Shown here piece by piece: positions 59,285 to 64,000 of a DNA stretch of 64,000 bases. A program made the translations under genes and the position numbers. Under the pieces are notes generated by a model that did no database searches, was not told where the DNA came from, and saw nothing but the letters and a program-made list of their open reading frames with translations. Source of the DNA: Felis catus (taxonomy: Eukaryota); NCBI RefSeq assembly GCF_018350175.1, contig NC_058383.1, positions 28,212,001 to 28,276,000 on the forward strand, given 5' to 3'. Positions within the stretch are counted from its first letter, which is position 1. Each line of letters begins with the position of its first letter.

Positions 59285-60013
59285 AGAAATCCTATTTTCT
59301 ATCTAAACTAGTAACTCCCAACCAGGGAAGAATTTTTCCCAGGACACATGAGGCCATGTCTGGAGACATCTGGGTCCCAAGCGGCATGGGGGTGGGGGTG
59401 GGGGTGCGGAGAGAGATTTGTGTTGCTGGTATTTTGTGCAAAGAGGCTAGGGACTCTGCTCGACAATCCTGCAGTCCACAGGCTAGTCCCTCAACAAGAA
59501 AAAATGATCTGACCCCAAATGTCAATAGCACATTCAGCAACCCTCATCTGAAACAAAACCATTTTCCTCATGCTTTATAAATCAGCCCTGAAGGCCAATT
59601 CTAAAAGATGTGCTCCAGAAATATCTCACCCAGGGCTGTGCTTTCTGGGGAGGTGGATACCCCAAGATGTAGGCCCAAAAAGACATTTAGATTCTGGTAT
59701 TTACTTCTAAGTTTCATTACCAGAAACAATTTATAATCCCTCATCTGCTCCATAAACAGACCAAAAAAATGTAAACTATAGTCATATCAACAGATAATTC
59801 ACTGTGCACCTATTAGGCACCAGGGCCCTGTGGGACTGCAGTCGTGGGAAATAAAAAATAAGACAAAAAGAAGGACACCGAGCCCGTGAGGAACCGACAC
59901 ATTTATCAGGAGAGGAGGGGCTGGTACACTGAGCAGCAAAAGACTATTCCAGAATGTAACATCACAGGAACTCCTATACTAAAGTTAGTGGGTTTAAAAA
60001 AAGGAAGAAATTA

Positions 60014-60495
60014 GGGGCGCCTGGGTGGCTCGGTTGGTGGGCGTCTGACTTCGGCTCAGGTCATGATCTCACGGTCCGTGAGTTCGAGCCCCGCGTCGGG
60101 CTCTGTGCTGGCAGCTCAGAGCCTGGAGCCCGTTTCAGATTCTGTGTCTCCCTCTCTCTCTACCCCTCCCCTGTTCATGCTCTCTCTGTCTCAAAAATAA
60201 ATAAACATTAAAAAAAAAAATTAAAAAAAAAAAAAAAAGGAAGAAATTTGTCTCATTGAGAACGAAAAGAAATTAGTGGTGGGGTGCCTGGGTGGCTCAG
60301 TCGGTAAAGCGTTAACTTCAAGTCAGGTCACCATCTCATGGTTCTTGAGTTCAAGCCCCATGTTGGGCTCTGTGCTGCCAGCTCGGAGCCTGCTTCAGAT
60401 TCTGTGTCTCCCTCTCTCTCTGCCCCTCCCCTGCTCACTCTCTTTCTCTCTCTCAAAAATAAAATAAACATTAAAACAATTTAAAGAAAAAAACA
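60014..60495 (+). mobile_element. Two Can-SINEs (~60014-60238; ~60281-60495)
   Basis: TSDs aaaaaggaagaaatt and aattagtgg. Confidence 0.9.
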
Positions 60496-61320
60496 AGGAA
60501 TTAGTGGATGTGGCAGTTGCCACAGCCTTAAACGATGGGTAGCACTTCATCCTTAGCAAAGAAAGAGGGAAAGGAATTCCTGGCAGAAGAAAAGGCTCAG
60601 AGGTGACAAAGAATAAGGCAGGGGTTAGGCTACGAGCATCTCATCAACTTAAGTGCTCCATGAAAGTCTGGCTGAGGCAAGGAGGAATGCAACATTCTCT
60701 TTTCTTGGACACCAGTCTCAGTAAAGAGGATATAAACCTAAAGGGATAGAAGCCGTTGAGGGAAATCCCATTGAGAACAAAGTCAACTCAAAGGGAAATA
60801 GGGCCAAGAAATGATGAGAAGGGTGAGACTGAGTCCTCATGGCACTGCCTGAACTCCTGGATCCATCCATGCCTGAAGCCATACTCTGTACTCTGCACTC
60901 TGCAGTTGCATGCACCCACAAAATTCCCTTTATTTGCCTAGACTGTTTTAAAATCCATTTCTCTTCCTTGCAACTCAGAGAATCTTGACCAACACAGATT
61001 AGGACTAGTGAATAAAGGGAATGTGGTTAGTGTTTGGGAGGATACAGTAGGAGACATACGGTGTGTGTGTTGTGAGGTTACTAATTACAGGCACTGTCAA
61101 AAAAAGACAAACGCAAACAACTGTCATGCCACCAAAAAAAAGGGCATAAACCCAGGGACCAAGGGAAGGGATAAGATATCCAGCAATTGTCTAACAGGCC
61201 AGAAAGTAAAACGTGAATGACGGCAAGGAATACAGAGGTTCTGCTTACGAACACCCACTCCCTCACCCCCCGCCGCCCACATGTGGCGGTCCCTCCCTCT
61301 GCACCACGCGAATGACGTCA

Positions 61321-61581
<261 letters not shown>

Positions 61582-61759
61582 TCAAGAGTGGACAGCCCAC
61601 TCTCTTTTCTCCTCCCTCGCTGCCTCGTCCGTCCCATCGCAAAGTTCCCGCTGTTACCAATGACATTCACTGCCTCGCCCTGACTTCTTCAACATGGAAA
61701 GGACCCCAGAGATGGCCTCAACCAGGGCCTCACACACTTCAGGGTGCACACACATCACC

Positions 61760-62260
61760 CACGAAGTTACTTACAGTGTGGTTTCAGATTTGGTAGGACG
61801 GCGATGGAACCTGGGGCTATGCATTTCTTACAAGCTCCCAGATGATGCAGATGCCGTTCGTCTGCAGAGAACACTCAAGGAGCAAGGTCAAGGTCAGGGC
61901 TTCTCAACTTTGGCATTACTGACTTTAAAGGTGGGTATTTCTCTGTGGGACCAACCTGTGCATTGTGGGGTGTTCACCACATCCCCTAGATGGCCTCTAC
62001 CCACTAGATGGCCCCACTCCCAGTTAAGAGAACCAAAATTGTCTCCATACATTTTCCAAACATCTCCTGGAAGGATAAAATTATCCTGGTTCTCAAACAT
62101 GGTTTCACACTATTACCTGGGGAGTTTAAAAAACATTGGTGCCCAGGTCCCACCCAAAATCAGAGGTCCTGATTTTGTGTGTCAGTGGTGTAGCCTGGGG
62201 ACCAGGGGTTTTGGAAGGTCTCCAGGGGAGGCTAACTTACAGACAGGGCTGAGAACCAAT
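61760..62260. mobile_element. MER5-like / MER20-like / MER5-like hAT relic cluster
   Basis: gcatttcttacaagctcccagatgatgcagatgc; cagggcttctcaactttggcattactgac; ctgagaacca. Confidence 0.65.
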
Positions 62261-62383
62261 GACCAGCCCACGGTTCCTGACTATCTCCTAGGCAGTCTCT
62301 TGTCAACCCTGCTCAAGCAGTGTCTTTGCCCCAGAAGCTAAGAAATGAAGGAACCAAGAAATTCCTTTAAAGCTGGATGTACA

Positions 62384-62960
62384 GGGGCGCCTGGGTGGCT
62401 CTGTCGGTTAAGCATCCAAGATCAGCTCGGCTCATGATCTCAGAGTTCCTGGGTTTGAGCCCCACATCGGGCTCTGTGCTGACACCACACAGCCTGCTTG
62501 GAACTCTCTCTCTCTTCTCTGTCCTTCCCCAACTTGCGCCCACTGTCTCGCTCTCTTTCTCACCCATAAATTAATTAAAACACAAAAACAAAACCAGCTG
62601 GCTGTGTACAAATCCTATGTATTCCACTATCGAGGGAAAGGACGTCCTGCTCAGTGCAAATGGAGAGTTAGAAGCAGCCCAGAGTATCAACAGCAGAGAC
62701 AGGATGTGAACCCGGATTTTCCCACGTCAGGTGCCACCTAAGAAATTCAGCTACCCAGGCGCCTAGGTGGCTCAGTCGGTTAAGCGTCCGACCCTGGGTT
62801 TCGGCTCAGGTCACAACCTCACTGTTTTGTGAGTTTAAGCTCCGCGTCAGGCTCCGTGCTGACAGTGCGGGGCCTGCTCCAGCTTCTCTCTCTCTGCCCC
62901 TCCCCTGCCCACGTTGCTTTGGTCTCTTTCAAAATAAGTAAGTAAACTTAAAAAATTTGA
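62384..62960 (+). mobile_element. Two Can-SINEs (~62384-62590; ~62757-62960)
   Basis: Heads, bodies, tails and degenerate TSDs. Confidence 0.88.
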
Positions 62961-63100
62961 AAAATAACAAGAAACCCAGCTGCCCGTGGCCGACAGGGCC
63001 CCAAGCAGATGCCCCACACCCACGGCTGAAATCAGCTTGGCTAAGGTCTCGCGCCTGATGGGTCAGTCCCCGCCACGTGCGGTCACGGGGGCCACCCTCA

Positions 63101-63469
<369 letters not shown>

Positions 63470-64000
63470 TCAGCGTCTCGACCGTGTTCGGGCCGGGCGG
63501 GGCGGGCGCTATTCCTTAGTGTTACGCTTGGGAAAACAGACCCGGGGCGGTGACGGGGCTGCGCGGGTGGCCTGAACCTGCTCCCGACGGGGCGCACCGC
63601 GCCTCCAGTCTCATCACCGGACAGTCACCCAGAGGTGACCAAACAGAGACTGTGAGAGGCGGCGTTAGCAAAGCGGAGAGAAGGGACATGTGGCCCCAAA
63701 GAGACAGAAAGAGACAGGCAAACAGAGCAGAGAAGGGAGCTCCCCTCTGACTTTCTGCTTTCAGGCTGCAGTGCGACACGATCTGGCTCATTCTCTTGTC
63801 CTTGGTTTCCACAGATAATCCTCTCTCTTGCCTCTTTCGGCTTCAGGGAAGCCTGGTACGTTTCTGTTCCTTGCAACCAAAGTGGCCTCAGCTTGGATGG
63901 TGTTCGAGCAAAGCATGAGGCAAAGCGGGTCAGGGCAGAGAGGTTTGGCTTCAAGCCCATGGTGCCAGGCCACGTGACCCCAAGGCTGAGGTTAGGGTAC

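Noticed and set aside
61694..62341. 215-aa + strand ORF
   Set aside because: Runs across MER5/MER20-like relics and has no recognisable domain.

Overview
Mammalian genomic DNA, most likely a felid, judged from about 46 feliform-type Can-SINEs. The whole window lies inside one minus-strand gene, ABCC1 (MRP1). Nineteen coding exons match human exons 9-27 by translation, size and phase. They cover most of TMD1, NBD1, the linker, TMD2 and the approach to NBD2; both gene ends are outside the window. The spliced frame is open. The main anomaly is exon 20, where the expected acceptor AG reads CG and the next AG, 9 nt downstream, rescues the frame at the cost of three residues. Introns hold Can-SINEs (often nested or stacked), MaLR/ERVL solo LTRs, hAT-type MER elements, L1/L2/MIR fragments and simple repeats, including a ~480-nt purine tract. 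I see no evidence for a new multi-gene system, and the other ORF-track entries are noise. Repeat family names and human MRP1 comparisons come from recalled sequences, not from a search.
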